DNA from: Macrostomum lignano
Lineage: Eukaryota
Direction of reading: 5' to 3'
Length of the DNA: 64,000 nucleotides
NCBI GenBank assembly: GCA_002269645.1
Contig: NIVC01000700.1
Coordinates: 186,001-250,000, forward strand
Positions 1-13,139 of this stretch are shown in pieces. Each line of letters opens with the position of its first letter. Position 1 is the first letter of the stretch. The position numbers and the translations under genes were made by a program. The notes beneath the pieces were generated by a model. The model was not told the DNA's origin. It saw only the letters and a program-made list of their open reading frames with translations, and did no database searches.

Positions 1-32
1 AGTAATAAATCAGTCGCTGTCAAATCCTCCAG

Positions 33-3000
33 ATGGTCAGGTCCGGCACGAAGGACATGTTCTTCAAAACTGACGCGCAGGGCCGTCGGCGGCTGTCCCT
101 AGACGAGACCGACGGCCAAAAAGACGAGCCGCCGAATCCTCAGCAGCTGCATTCAAACGCCGCCGAGATCCTATTTGAGCAGAGCCTGCTCAAAGTGACA
201 GAATTTGCTCACAAACCGTCGCTGGCGCTGCGCAAAGCGATGGTTAGCCTGCACAGGCGGCAGTCTCGCGCCTCCGGTCTCGATGACGATCAGGCTAAGC
301 GGCAGTCTAGCGAGCGGCACACGGCCTCGCCCATCCCGTCTATGTCGGACGACAATCTCGCGGCCAGCTCCGCAGCTCCGCTTGGTCGAACGTCGCCGTT
401 TCCGTTAGCTATTCCGGAGGTCGAACTCGAAGCTGACGCAAATGAGGAGGACGAAGACGATGCTCAGTCTGACGTGTTTGACGGCATCTCCGCCAGTGCC
501 GCCGTGTCTGGCAATCTGGGAGCAGCGGTGGCATCGGCGGACAACTTGGCGGCAGCCGCTGCCCTAGCAACAACTGCCGACGAACTCGACCATTTATCAT
601 CGAAAACTGAGCTAGCTTCCGAAGTTAGCGACGAGAAAATGATGGCATTAACGGAGAGCCTGCTGGACAAGATCATGTACGGCTTGGAGCGGATCTGCCA
701 GGCCCTGGATCGAGCCACGGCCGACTATCGCAACATTGAAGAGCAAATTTCCCGCAGCAAACTGCAGGCAAAGTGCCTCCGACTCGAGACAGCTCAGCAA
801 GCTAGCGGCGATGGCGAGGCCGTTAGCGATGGACTGTTGACCGACCGGCTGCTGCAGCTGACCATCGATCCGATGCCCAGGTGAGTGAATGGCTGACGGT
901 TTGCTGTACTTGTTTGTTCGTGCTAAGATTAGCAATTGTGCTAATCTTATTAGTGCTAAGATTTGTTGGCTTGGCTAGATTAGCAATCCATTCCATTCCT
1001 TAAACAATAATGTTGGCTAGATTAGCAATCCATTCCTTAAACCATGATGTTGGCTGGATTAGCAATCCATTCCTTAAACCATGATGTTGGCTGGATTAGC
1101 AATCCATTCCATTCCTTAAACAATAATGTTGGCTAGATTAGCAATCCATTCCTTAAACAATGATGTTGGCTAGATTAGCAATCCATTCCTTAAACAATGA
1201 TGTTGGCTAGATTAGCAATGCATTCCTTAAACAATGATGTTGGCTAGATTAGCAATGCATTCCTTAAACAATGATGTTGGCTAGATTAGCAATCCATTCC
1301 ATTCCTTTAATCATAATGTTGGCTAGATTAGCAATCCATTCCATTCATTTAACAACGATTTTGGCTAGATTAGCAATCCATTCCATTCCTTTAATCATAA
1401 TGTTGGCTAGATTAGCAATCCATTCCATTCCTTTAATCATAATGTTGGCTAGATTAGCAATCCATTCCATTCATTTAACAACGATTTTGGCTAGATTAGC
1501 AATCCATTCCATTCCTTTAATCATAATGTTGGCTAGATTAGCAATCCATTCCATTCCTTTAATCATAATGTTGGCTAGATTAGCAATCCATTCCATTCAT
1601 TTAACAACGATTTTGGCTAGTTTAGCAATCCATTCCATTCCTTTAATCATAATGTTGGCTAGATTAGCAATCCATTCCATTCATTTAACAACGATTTTGG
1701 CTAGATTAGCAATCCATTCCATTCCTTTAATCATAATGTTGGCTAGATTAGCAATCCATTCCATTCATTTAACAACGATTTTGGCTAGATTAGCAATCCA
1801 TTCCATTCCTTTAATCATAATGTTGGCTAGATTAGCAATCCATTCCATTCATTTAACAACGATTTTGGCTAGATTAGCAATCCATTCCAATTCCTTAAAC
1901 CATGATGTTGGCTAGATTAGCAATTCACTGTATGCTGAAGCCAAGTTATTGCAATCTCCTCTAATTCTCCATTGCTTCTCCCGCAGAGAGCAAATAGAAT
2001 CAGCCGATGACGCGCACGAGTCAGCCCCGCCAAGGCCGCTGCCGCTGCCCAACGGCTGGTGGGACGCGATCAGCCGTCTGTTCCAGCTGCTGCAATACCT
2101 GCTGCTGTCCCGGGTCACCCAGCTCTGCTACACACTGATGGTTGCCTACCATCTATTCCACATGAGCATCTTCTCGCTAGTCTATCCAATCATAGTGTTC
2201 ACCTGGGGCATGCTGTCCTGGCCCTATCCTACTAAACGGTTTTGGTACTCGGCAATTGTGTACACAATGATGTGGATACTGGCTCGCTACTGCCTGCAGT
2301 TCATCCTGCTGAAGGATCTGGTGCGTCAGGACTCGGCCGGATTCGTTGGCTGGCTAGCCAAAGAGATGAACGTCAGGCCGGAGTATTCCACCCCCGCCGC
2401 CGAGCTCATTCTGCTGGCTGTACTGTTTCTGCAGCGTAGCACTTTGAAACGTTTTGGATTGTGGGACATTTCTAGGAAAAACCTTCAGCCCGCGTCTGCC
2501 GGTGCGAATTGCAGTTGCTTTTTGTAATGGTAGAATATTTTACAGCTGATAGTCTCACCTGAGATATCGCCTCACCGATCATATCTCACTATGAGAGTCT
2601 CACCTGAGATATCGCCTCACCGATCATATCTCACTATGAGAGTCTCACCTGAGATATCGCCTCACCAATCATATCTCACTATGAGAGTCTCACCTGAGAT
2701 ATCGCCTTACCAATCATATCTCACTATGAGAGTCTCACCTGAGATTTAGCCTCGGCTTAATACATATTCACTTGTAGGAACATCGCTATGCAGCTGTCTG
2801 ACCCAACTGACTTCTCAAATGTTTCTGTTGAATTGCAGATCCTTCACCGGAGAAGCCGACCCAGCAGCAGCAGCAGAACCTGCCGACAGCCGCCGACAGC
2901 AGCAGTAGCAGCTCTGCCCTGCCGCCATTGTCCAGTCCGACTATTCGCGTGCGCCGTCGCAAAGCCAAATCACAGCTGCTGTCTCGCTCCCAGCAGCCGC

Positions 3001-6000
3001 CGCCGTCTGACGCTGATGAAGCCTCGTCGATGCTGCCGCCAGGCGAACTGTCCGATGAGCAGCGACCGCCATCGCCGCCGCCGCCAGAGTCGACGCTAGC
3101 GACACCGTCAATCAGTTCGGCGGCTGCTGTAGTCAACTTTTTTCATAGGCTGGCCACGTTTCATTCGGCCAGAGAATTTTTTAAGAAGGTTTCAGGCAAA
3201 GAAAACTTTTCTATTCGAGTTGAACTGTACTCGTGGATGTTCGCTTCGGAGTTTGTCTCGCTGCTTATTATCTTCTTCGGCTATACGAAAGGCTTCGCCG
3301 AGGAGGGGACCGCTGAGGATACCACCATCATCACCTACTTTTCCAAGGAGGAGGTAGGATTTTGTGATTAAGAATCTGCTAATTGTGTTGATTCGTTAAA
3401 AATTTATTTGGCTAGGAAGATTGCGATGGTTGCTAGGAGGACTTAATGGTTGCTAGGAGGACTCGATGGTTGCTAGGAGGACTTAATGGTTGCTAGGAGG
3501 ACTTGATGGTTGCTAGGACTCGTTGGTTTGTTGCTAGGGTGACTCGATAATCGGCTTCTACAAAAACTATGGTTGCTAGGGATATTCAATAGTTGGTTGC
3601 TAGGCAGACTCTATGGTGTATAGTTCTTAAGTTAAATACCAATACTATATAAGTTGTTGCTTGACAAGGCTACTAGACCGACTTAGGAAAAACAATATCT
3701 TGTGTAAATTCCCCATTTCAGTTCCCTCTGGCTCTCATAGTGACACTATTCATACAGTTCATCATCATTCTGGTGGACAGGGCGCTATTTCTCACTAAAT
3801 CGCGCCGGGGCAAGTTTTTCTTCCACATCGGTCACGTGATCCTGCTGCACGCCTATCTCAAGTTCATTCTGCCCGCCATGTCGTCGTAAGTTTGCTCGTG
3901 TTTGAGTCGTGTTGGGCCGCTGGCCCGCTGCTCCCCATCATGATCCTTTATTGGGCCGCTGGCCCGCTGCTCCCCACCATGGACCTTTTTTGGGCCGCTG
4001 CTCTACACTATGGTCTTTTATTAGGCCGCTGCTCTACACTAGGGTCTTTTATTAGGCCGCTGCTCTACACTAGGGTCTTTTATTAGGCCGCTGCTCTACA
4101 CTAGGGTCTTTTATTAGGCCGCTGCTCTACACTAGGGTCTTTTATTAGGCCGCTGCTCTACACTAGGGTCTTTTATTAGGCCGCTGCTCTACACTAGGGT
4201 CTTTTATTAGGCCGCTGCTCTACACTAGGGTCTTTTATTAGGCCGCTGCTCTACACTAGGGTCTTTTATTAGGCCGCTGCTCTACACTAGGGTCTTTTAT
4301 TAGGCCGCTGCTCTACACTAGGGTCTTTTATTAGGCCGCTGCTCTACACTAGGGTCTTTTATTAGGCCGCTGCTCTACACTAGGGTCTTTTATTAGGCCG
4401 CTGCTCTACACTAGGGTCTTTTATTAGGCCGCTGCTCTACACCATGGTCCTTTTTGGGCCGCTGCTCCCCACCATGGTCCTTTTTTGGGCCGCTGCTCCC
4501 CACCATGGTCTTTTATTGGGCCGCTGCTCCCCGCCATGGTCTTTTATTGGGCCGCCGCTCTACACCATGGTCCATCGGTCTACCTGTAAAGTCTCGTCCA
4601 TCCATTGGTTTCCTGAATAGCTTGGTTCCTAGTTTGATTTTTACGGATGCATAATTTCGCATTATCAACCAACTTGCAGGCACAATTACATAGCTGAGAG
4701 CTCGGTCATCAAGCTGTTCTACGCATCGAAATGCATTTACTTCGCCCTGTCAGCCTATCAGATCCTGTCCGGCTATCCGTCCCGCATTCTGGGCAATTTC
4801 ATTTGCAAACGGCACAACTATTTGAATCTGTTCTCATTCAAAGGCTACATGCTGGTGCCGTTCCTATTCGAGCTTAGGTCCGTTATGGATTGGATGCTAA
4901 CCAATACAGCATTGGGCATATCGCACTGGCTGCTAATGGAGGAGATCTATAGCACTGTGTTCGTGGCAAAATGCTGGCGCCGAGCGGAAATTGCCTACCC
5001 TACTGAGCGGGCCAAGAACCGGCCGCCAGTGTACAAGTATTGCCCCGGCATGTGGCTCATGCTGCTTATCATTGCCTGTATCTGGGCCCCGCTGCTCTGG
5101 TTCTCCGTCATGAGCAACGTCTTCTTGGAGGAAAATGCTGTGACCGCTTGCACTTCTGAACTGTCTCTGGGCTCCTATACGCCTCTTTACACTCTTAAAA
5201 CTACGTCTGTTCGTAATTTGACTGCCGCTGAAACCGACATTGTCTATCAGTGCTTTTCCGGGGCCAATGAAACTGAGGTAAGAGTCTTTGCTCTCCCAGT
5301 GTAATCCGCTATCTCCTGCCGCTACCTGCTCCCAATCCGCTATTTACCTCTACTACCTGCTCCCAATCCGCTATCTACTCCCGCTACCTGCTCCCAATCC
5401 GCTATCTACTCCCGCTACCTGCTCCCAATCCGCTATCTACTCCCACTACCTACTCCCAATCCGCTATCTACTCCCGCTACCTGCTCCCAATCCGCTATCT
5501 ACTCCCGCTACCTGCTCCCAATCCGCTATCTACTCCCGCTACCTGCTCCCAATCCGCTATCTACTCCCACTACCTACTCCCAATCCGCTATCTACTCCCG
5601 CTACCTGCTCCCAATCCGCTATCTACTCCCGCTACCTGCTCCCAATCCGCTATCTACTCCCGCTACCTGCTCCCAATCCGCTATCTACTCCCACTACCTA
5701 CTCCCAATCCGCTATCTACTCTCCATCCGCTCTCCTACTCCCAATCCGCTATGTACTCCCACGACCTGCTCCCAATCCGCTATTTACTCTCCATCCGCTC
5801 TCCTACTCCCCATCCGCTATGTACTCTCCATCCGCTCTCCTACTCCCAATCCGCTATGTACTCTCTACCCGCTGCCTATTCACCACTCACTGCTGGAACA
5901 CTTTCGCTCACTCGTTGTTTTTGCAGCAAACTAGAAAACGTGTCCAAGCCCTTCTGAGCTCTACTACCGCATATAGCGTTGAATTCGACGGCATGTCCAG

Positions 6001-8122
6001 CGTTCTGTGGACTATAACTCCGCCCTCGCGTGAGGCCCTACGCGCGGAACTGCAGAACAATGCCACCTTGAATCTGTACTTTAAGGTGAGAAATTAGAGA
6101 GATCTGATTTGTTATTGAGTGAAAGAAGGAACTGGAAGATGGGGAAGAGAAGTTGAGAGATGTGGAAGAGGGACTGGGAGATAGGAAGAGACGTTGAGAG
6201 ATGTAGAAAAAAACTGGGATATGTGGAAAAGGAACTGGGAGATGGCGATGAAGAACTGGAAGATGGGGAAGAGAAGTTAAGATACTCGTATGTGGAAGAG
6301 GGATTGAGAGATGTAGAAGAGAAGTTAAAAGATAAAGAAGAGGAACTGGGAGGTGGGGAAGAGAACTTGAAAGATGGGGAAGAGAAGTCAAGATATGTAG
6401 AAGAGGACTGTGAGATGGAGACGAGAAGCTGAGTGATAAGTGACGCAGAACCAGAAGCTGTTTAGCTCAGACACGGGAATGAGATTCAACAGAGAAGATA
6501 ATTTCTGCACAACTCTCCAATCCAGGTGGAATGCCTGCGCGATAAAGACAACGGAGTGGCCAGAAAGTACGTGTTCCAGAATCCGCTTCCGCCGGACGTG
6601 AGCTCCGACCTGCTCTCCGTACTCCACCCAGCCTCTGACAATGCCAGCGTTGTATTCCGCCAGATTGGCCATCGGTTCCTGCTGATGCGAGCCTCCGAGT
6701 CCACCTGGTCGTCTGGCGGAGGCAGAGGCGGCGGCAGAGGAGGCGGCGGAGGCGGCAGCGGTGGCGGGGGAGCGGGCGGACCCACGCTGGCAGACGACAG
6801 CATCGAGCTGCTGGCCCGCAGCCTGCCTGCCGGCCCGCTGTCCACTAGCAGGATCGACATTCAAGCGGCTTTGAATTCCACAATTGGCGGCATCGCCTGG
6901 TGGCAGCTGAGCGATTTGTACTGCGGCAGTCCGCTGTGCCCGGCACAGTCTGACAGCGGCTGCGCGCCACGGCGCCACGGCGGCCTCCGTATTGTGGTGC
7001 TGTCAGAGCGGTCCAAGTCCCAGAACCGCCTGATTCAGGTGAAACTCTGATGACATGCCATACACATTCTGATGACATGCTATACACATTCTGATGACAT
7101 GCCATACACATTCTGATGACATGACATACACATTCTGATGACATGACATACACATTCTGATGACATGACATACACATTCTGATGACATGCTATACACATT
7201 CTGATGACATGCCATACACATTCTGATGACATGCTATACACATTCTGATGACATGCCATACACATTCTGATGACATGACATACACATTCTGATGACATGA
7301 CATACACATTCTGATGACATGACAGACACATTCTGATGACATGTTATACACATTCTGATGACATGCTTTACACATTCTGATGACATAACATACACATTCT
7401 GATAACATGCTTTACACATTCTGATGACATGACACACACATTCTGATGACATGACACACACATTCTGATAACATGCTTTACACATTCTGATGACATGACA
7501 TACACATTCTGATGACATGACATACATTCTGATGACATGCTATACACATTCTTATGACATGCCATACACATTCTGATGACATGACATACATTCTGATGAC
7601 ATGCTATACACATTCTTATGACATGCCATACACATTCTGATGACATTCCACGCATAACTTTCCTCTTAAAGCCCATTGTCTATAGTATGTTAATTGTAAT
7701 ATTCTCGAAACCTCAAATTTGCCATCAAACTGAATTCCCACCGCCCCATGACTACTCGCTGCTCAAAGGCCATTCAAAAGGTCGGCATGTACGGCGTCCT
7801 GTCTGTATTTCTGATCTCTGTGGCCAGAATCCTGCGGTCTGGCATTGTGCCAGTGCACTATCTGGTGCCCTACGTGGACATGCCGCACGTGGACAGAATC
7901 CTGTCCCTGCTAAACGACATCTATTTGGTGCGGGAGAGCGGCGAACTCCGTCTGGAGGAGGAACTGTTCGCCAAGCTGCTGTTTCTCTATCGGTCGCCTT
8001 CGATGCTGGTGCACTTCACCGAGCTGCCGGAGTCTGTGCTGGCCCAATTTTACAAACCGGATTCAGAGGCGGCGACCGAGCAACCGCCTGAGGAGGGCCA
8101 ACCTGCCACCTCTTCTCAGTAG
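33..8122 (+). CDS. PIEZO: PIEZO mechanosensitive channel, 3' portion (5' exons lie outside the window). Exons: 33-880, 1987-2501, 2839-3353, 3722-3885, 4680-5277, 5927-6085, 6526-7038, 7769 (or 7781)-8122
   Basis: All GT-AG junctions are phase-compatible. The spliced protein has PIEZO signatures: QFIIILVDRALFL, KCIYFALSAYQI..GYPSRILGNF, PFLFELRSVMDW, IWAPLLWFS and VDRILSLLNDIYLVRESGELRLEEELFAKLLFLYRSP. Stop TAG at 8120-8122, AATAAA near 8174. Confidence 0.95.
960..1920. repeat. 37-42-bp minisatellite (GTTGGCTAGATTAGCAATCCATTCCATTCCTTTAATCATAAT) in a PIEZO intron
   Basis: Directly visible tandem array; it generates the spurious 1271-1915 ORF. Confidence 0.95.
2550..2745. repeat. 45-bp minisatellite (about 4 copies) in a PIEZO intron
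   Basis: TCTCACCTGAGATATCGCCTCACCGATCATATCTCACTATGAGAG recurs at 45-bp spacing. Confidence 0.95.
3420..3545. repeat. 20-bp minisatellite (ATGGTTGCTAGGAGGACTT-type) in a PIEZO intron
   Basis: Short tandem array that decays towards its 3' side. Confidence 0.85.
3910..4570. repeat. 31-bp minisatellite (GGGTCTTTTATTAGGCCGCTGCTCTACACTA) in a PIEZO intron
   Basis: Homogeneous core at 4030-4440 with diverged flanking units. Confidence 0.95.
5300..5875. repeat. 31-bp minisatellite (CTCCCAATCCGCTATCTACTCCCGCTACCTG) in a PIEZO intron
   Basis: Directly visible tandem array. Confidence 0.95.
6120..6420. repeat. Degenerate purine-rich repeat (GAAGA/GAGAT units) in a PIEZO intron
   Basis: Recurring GGAACTGG..GATGGGGAAGAGAAGTT motifs. 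Confidence 0.7.
7046..7645. repeat. 22-bp minisatellite (CACATTCTGATGACATGCCATA) in the last PIEZO intron
   Basis: The array starts about 7 nt after the donor at 7039. Confidence 0.95.
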
Positions 8123-9559
8123 TAGGACTGTAGTTGGAATATGTCCATCGTTGGCCTTTTGTTTGATTTAAACAATAAATGTTTTGAAGGCCGGTTTTGT
8201 ATTAACGGATGATAAAAATCGGCCTTCAAAATCTGCATCTTATTTTCACGGTTCTTAACAGTGACTTGGGTCTTTCAAAATGTGGCTAATCAGATTCACG
8301 TCGCAGAATAAAAGTGCGCTACTGTCTACTTATCTTTTTAAGTAGGCAAGTAGCGATTATTGATACCTTATTTTGCAGAGGCAGCATAAGAAATTTTATC
8401 ATTTTTACATATCATTTACCATCAAGATTTTTTAGCCTCATTGGTGGGTAGAGAATCGAGCTCAGGACTTGAGTAGTTACTGTAATCAATCTGCTGCGGC
8501 CATGTTCCAACTACATTACCTAAGTTTACAGCTGGCTATTTCAATAATATATTCCGTGCTTCTGTCATTCATTTTCATTTTAAAACCATTGCAAATTATC
8601 ATATTGCTGGCTTGTACATCATTTGCACTTTTATTTCTATAGATTCTATTTTATTCTCAAAGCCGCATCTTTTATTCCTTTAATCTTCCAATACCCGATG
8701 CGCAAGGACTTCCAGACTAGAGAAGGATACTGCTGTACACTCAGGAATGGTGGCAGTCCAAATAGACTTGTTTGGTAATCAATATTTTTACCTAATAATT
8801 ATTTAATCCGCTAATTGGTTGGTTTCTGCTTTTTAAAATTGTTTGAATAGTGGATTAATTAGAGTAGAATAACAAATAATATACTTTCCTTGTTTAAGCA
8901 TTGTGCGATTTTTTAATTGTCACATTTTTCCCTATTGTGCTACTGTCCAAGAGCTATCTACTAGTAGTGTTGTTAGCATTTTCTACTAAAACATAATTTT
9001 TTACCTTAATTTGAGTTTGCTGCTTCGAAAATCGACCAAGAGCTGTGATTTGGTTCCTTCATGCCTAAACTCAATTGTAAATTTTTGTGCTAATGTTCTA
9101 AATCAAATTGCCATCTTTAGTAGCGCTAGAGTAGCGCTCTTGTGAGATCTCTCTGTGAATTGTTAATCCCATTTGTTAATCTAACACCGCATTCCAAAGC
9201 GCGCGCACATTGTTCAAAACTCCTTTCACTTTTAATTAGTCGCGTGTGTTTTTCGTTTTGATAAATTGTTTCGTGTTTTTCCTTGCGCTCTTTTTGCAAC
9301 AGAGGTATTGTATAAATTAATAAAATTGCTGATTGAACTGCTCGATTCTATTAGTAGTTAAATTTTCCTCCTTTTATGCGGGTAGATGATTAGTCAGAGT
9401 CGGTCATGTGGTATAATAGCTGATACGAGTATATTTCTGGATTTATTGAGCTCCTATGTCAGTTTTAGTACCCATTGCTTAACATTTGCTAAGCAAGGTC
9501 CAATGGAAAATTAAAATATTAATTTAAATACCCTAATTAATATAAGGGTAGTTAAAATA

Positions 9560-9950
9560 CCCTTCGATAAGCATCAAGGTCGAATAGAAAATTCCAATAT
9601 TATTTAGCTCCTAATATCGATTAGAGTATTTTTTGTTAAGCATCAAAGTCGAATGGAAAATTCCAAGATTATTTAGCTCTCAAGGTCAAATGGAAAATTC
9701 CTAGATTATTTAGCTTTCAAGGTCAAATGGAAAATTCCAAGATTATTTAGCTCTCAAGGTCGATTAGAATATCTTTCGTTAAGCATCAAGGTCAAATGGA
9801 AAATTCCAAGATTATTTAGGTCTCAAGGTCGATTAGAATATCTTTCGTTAAGCATCAAGGTCAAATGGAAAGTTCCAAAATTATTTAGCTCTCAAGGTCG
9901 ATTAGAATATCTTTCGTTAAGCATCAAGGTCGAATGGAAAGTTCCAATAA
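9560..9950. repeat. Composite ~69-bp tandem repeat (AAGCATCAAGGTC..ATGGAAAATTCC...) directly upstream of ELOC
   Basis: CAAGGTC-based sub-units are repeated up to about 25 nt before the ATG. Confidence 0.9.
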
Positions 9951-10337
<387 letters not shown>

Positions 10338-10574
10338 GAGTAAGGAGAACTTCACCATCGGGACTGCTATTCGTTTGAGAACCCCGCTTCTTTAGAATTT
10401 TATATTTGTATTTATTCTGCTTTGTCTATCCAGCGGGGGTTCAGCTGTCTGTAATGGTTTAACATCAGCATAACAATGGAGGCCGTTTTGTGCGACCCTT
10501 TGAACTTTGGTATCATGATTTCACTCATAGAATTAACATGTAAACAAAGTTTTAACTAGATTTAGATTCACACC

Positions 10575-10700
10575 CATGAGGGCCAGCCCCCAAGACGATT
10601 AGAATGTCCAGGGCCGTTGTACACTCTGTGTGAGCGCGTGTAGGGTCAGGAGTCAGCGGAATGGTGGTCTGAAGGTCTCCACAGACCTTCTGGGAATATT
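10575..10700 (+). mobile_element. 5'-truncated SINE family 2 fragment downstream of ELOC
   Basis: ACGATTAGAATGTCCAGGGCCGTTGTACACTCTGTGTGAGCG...GTCAGCGGAATGG matches the body of the copies at 44.9 kb and 29.2 kb. Confidence 0.55.
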
Positions 10701-11249
10701 GATTTCTATTTCTAAGATTCAGGTATCTGTTGGTTACCAAAAAAATGAAATTTAAAAACTTAAATATAACCTTACTTTTTCATAGCGTAGCACCGTTGTG
10801 TCTGTAATATATATGCTACTACTGCTACTAAGCTCAGTAGCACTATATGCCTCCTATTTTCTCTTTCGTTTGAACGCAAATGGTTTTATCGGAATTCAAA
10901 AAGTTGAAAATCTGTATATTTGTCATTATTGTCCTTTCTAATAGCTACCTACTTATTTTTTCCTGTATAAGTAGTATGACTGAATTCTCTCGTAAATTTT
11001 AATAACGAGTTGTGCTCCAACTGAGTATAAGTAGACGAAAGACGCAAATAAAATAAATACGAACCGTCTGTCTGACATCCACCTACCCTCTACAAAACAA
11101 TATTGACCGACTTGCAGACTTGTTGTGTGTTTTAGCTGGCCAATACAACTGCCTAACTGGCTTCTCTGAACTGTTTTTTATTCAATTTTCCAGTTTGAAT
11201 TTAATTATTTGTTTGTCAGGATTTCACTTCTCATCTTCCATCTGCATCC

Positions 11250-12620
11250 ACTCTTGCCCTCCCTTATCTGCCCTCCCTTATCTGCCCTCCCTTATCTAAC
11301 CTCTCCCTTAGCTATCGTCTCCCGTATCTGCCGTCTCCCTCACTCTATCTACCCTCTCTTCCTCCCGATCTATCTACTCTCTTGGTCACTCTATCTACCC
11401 CATTTCCCTCGCTCTATCTACCCCCTCTTCCTCCCGATCTATCTACTCTCTTGGTCACTCTATCTACCCCATTTCCCTCACTCTATCTACCCCCTCTTCC
11501 TCCCGATCTATCTACTCTCTTGGTCACTCTATCTACCCCCTGTCCCTCACTCTATCTACCTCCCTCTCCCTCACTCCATCTGCCCTCACTCAATCTGCCT
11601 TCACTCCATCTGCCCTCACTCCATCTGCCCTCCGTCCATCTGCTCTCACTCCATCTCCCTCACTCCATCTACCCTCTCCCTCACTCTATCTACCCCCTGT
11701 CCCTCACTCTATCTACTCTCTCTCCCTCACTCTATCTACCTCCCTCTCCCTTACTCCATCTGCCCTCACTCCATCTGCCCTCACTCCATCTGCCCTCACT
11801 CCATCTGCCCTCCGTCCATCTGCCCTCCGTCCATCTGCCCTCACTCCATCTGCCCTCACTCCATCTCCCTCACTCCATCTACCCTCTCCCTCACTCCATC
11901 TACCCTCTCCCTCACTCCATCTACCCTCTCCCTCACTCCATCTACCCTCTCCTTCACTCCATCTACCCTCTCCCTCACTCCATCTACCCTCTCCTTCACT
12001 CCATCTACCCTCTCCCTCCCTCCATCTACCCTCTCCTTCACTCCATCTACCCTCTCCCTCACTCTATCTACCCTCTCCTTCACTCCATCTACCCTCTCCC
12101 TCACTCCATCTACCCTCTCCCTCACTCCATCTACCCTCTCCTTCACTCCATCTACCCTCTCCTTCACTCCATCTACCCTCTCCTTCACTCCATCTACCCT
12201 CTTCTTCACTCCATCTACCCTCTTCTTCACTCCATCTACCCTCTCCTTCACTCCATCTACCCTCTCCCTCACTCCATCTACCCTCTCCCTCACTCCATCT
12301 ACCCTCTCCCTCACTCCATCTACCCTCTCCCTCACTCCATCTACCCTCTCCTTCACTCCATCTACCCTCTCCCTCACTCCATCTACCCTCTCCTTCACTC
12401 CATCTACCCTCTCCTTCACTCCATCTACCCTCTCCTTCACTCCATCTACCCTCTCCTTCACTCCATCTACCCTCTCCTTCACTCCATCTACCCTCTCCCT
12501 CACTCCATCTACCCTCTCCCTCACTCCATCTACCCTCTCCTTCACTCCATCTACCCTCTCCCTCACTCTATCTACCCTCTCCTTCACTCCATCTACCCTC
12601 TCCCTCACTCTATCTACTCT
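11250..12620. repeat. 21-bp pyrimidine-rich minisatellite (CCCTCACTCCATCTACCCTCT) upstream of SDHAF4
   Basis: Tandem array ending at CACAG (12621-12625). Confidence 0.97.
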
Positions 12621-12661
12621 CACAGCTATTTTTTCAAATCAATAAGAGCCTTTGAAATTTG

Positions 12662-13018
12662 ATGTCCCAGACGAACATGTGGCCTGTCGCACTGAGCAGA
12701 GCTGTTCTAGGAAAGCCGGTACAACTTGGCCTGTCAATCAAACCTGTCGCCGCTCCGATGCAGTCGCGGATGCTGGCTTCCTCATCCAACTCGGCTTCAT
12801 CGGGCAAGCAGCAGCCACCGTCGGGCGCCGCCACTAATTCTCACGACCAGGAGAAGCCAGCAAAGACGAAGCCGCCGCATCCGGACGCGCCGAAAGAGCC
12901 GCTGGAAGCATTTCCGAACAATGTCAACCCGCTGACTGGAGAGATTGAAGGGCCTCGAGGGCCGGAGCCGACGAGATTCGGCGACTGGGAGCGGAAAGGG
13001 CGCTGCATTGACTTTTAG
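12662..13018 (+). CDS. SDHAF4: Succinate dehydrogenase assembly factor 4, mitochondrial (118 aa from the ATG at 12662)
   Basis: C-terminal NPLTGEIEGPRGPEPTRFGDWERKGRCIDF is the SDHAF4/Sdh8 (DUF1674) signature. The N-terminus is basic/hydroxylated, like a mitochondrial presequence. Confidence 0.93.
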   Translation: MSQTNMWPVALSRAVLGKPVQLGLSIKPVAAPMQSRMLASSSNSASSGKQQPPSGAATNSHDQEKPAKTKPPHPDAPKEPLEAFPNNVNPLTGEIEGPRGPEPTRFGDWERKGRCIDF

Positions 13019-13139
13019 AAAGTGCTCACTGCTCATTCGAAATTTTGCTGCGCGTATTTACGCAATTTAGATTTCTAGATAGTTGCATATTTTGCTTAAT
13101 TTGAATATCGATGATTATATCGTTTTAGTCAATAATAAT

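Noticed and set aside
1271-1915. 214-aa ORF (MLARLAIHSIPLII repeats)
   Set aside because: Translation of a 42-bp intronic minisatellite inside a well-defined PIEZO intron.
2778-2838. Acceptor at 2777 (CTTGTAG) as the start of a PIEZO exon
   Set aside because: In the required phase it reaches a stop near 2907; the acceptor at 2838 keeps the frame.
11209-12662. Long overlapping ORFs on both strands (478, 426 and 255 aa)
   Set aside because: Stop-free frames produced by a 21-bp repeat; no protein-like complexity.
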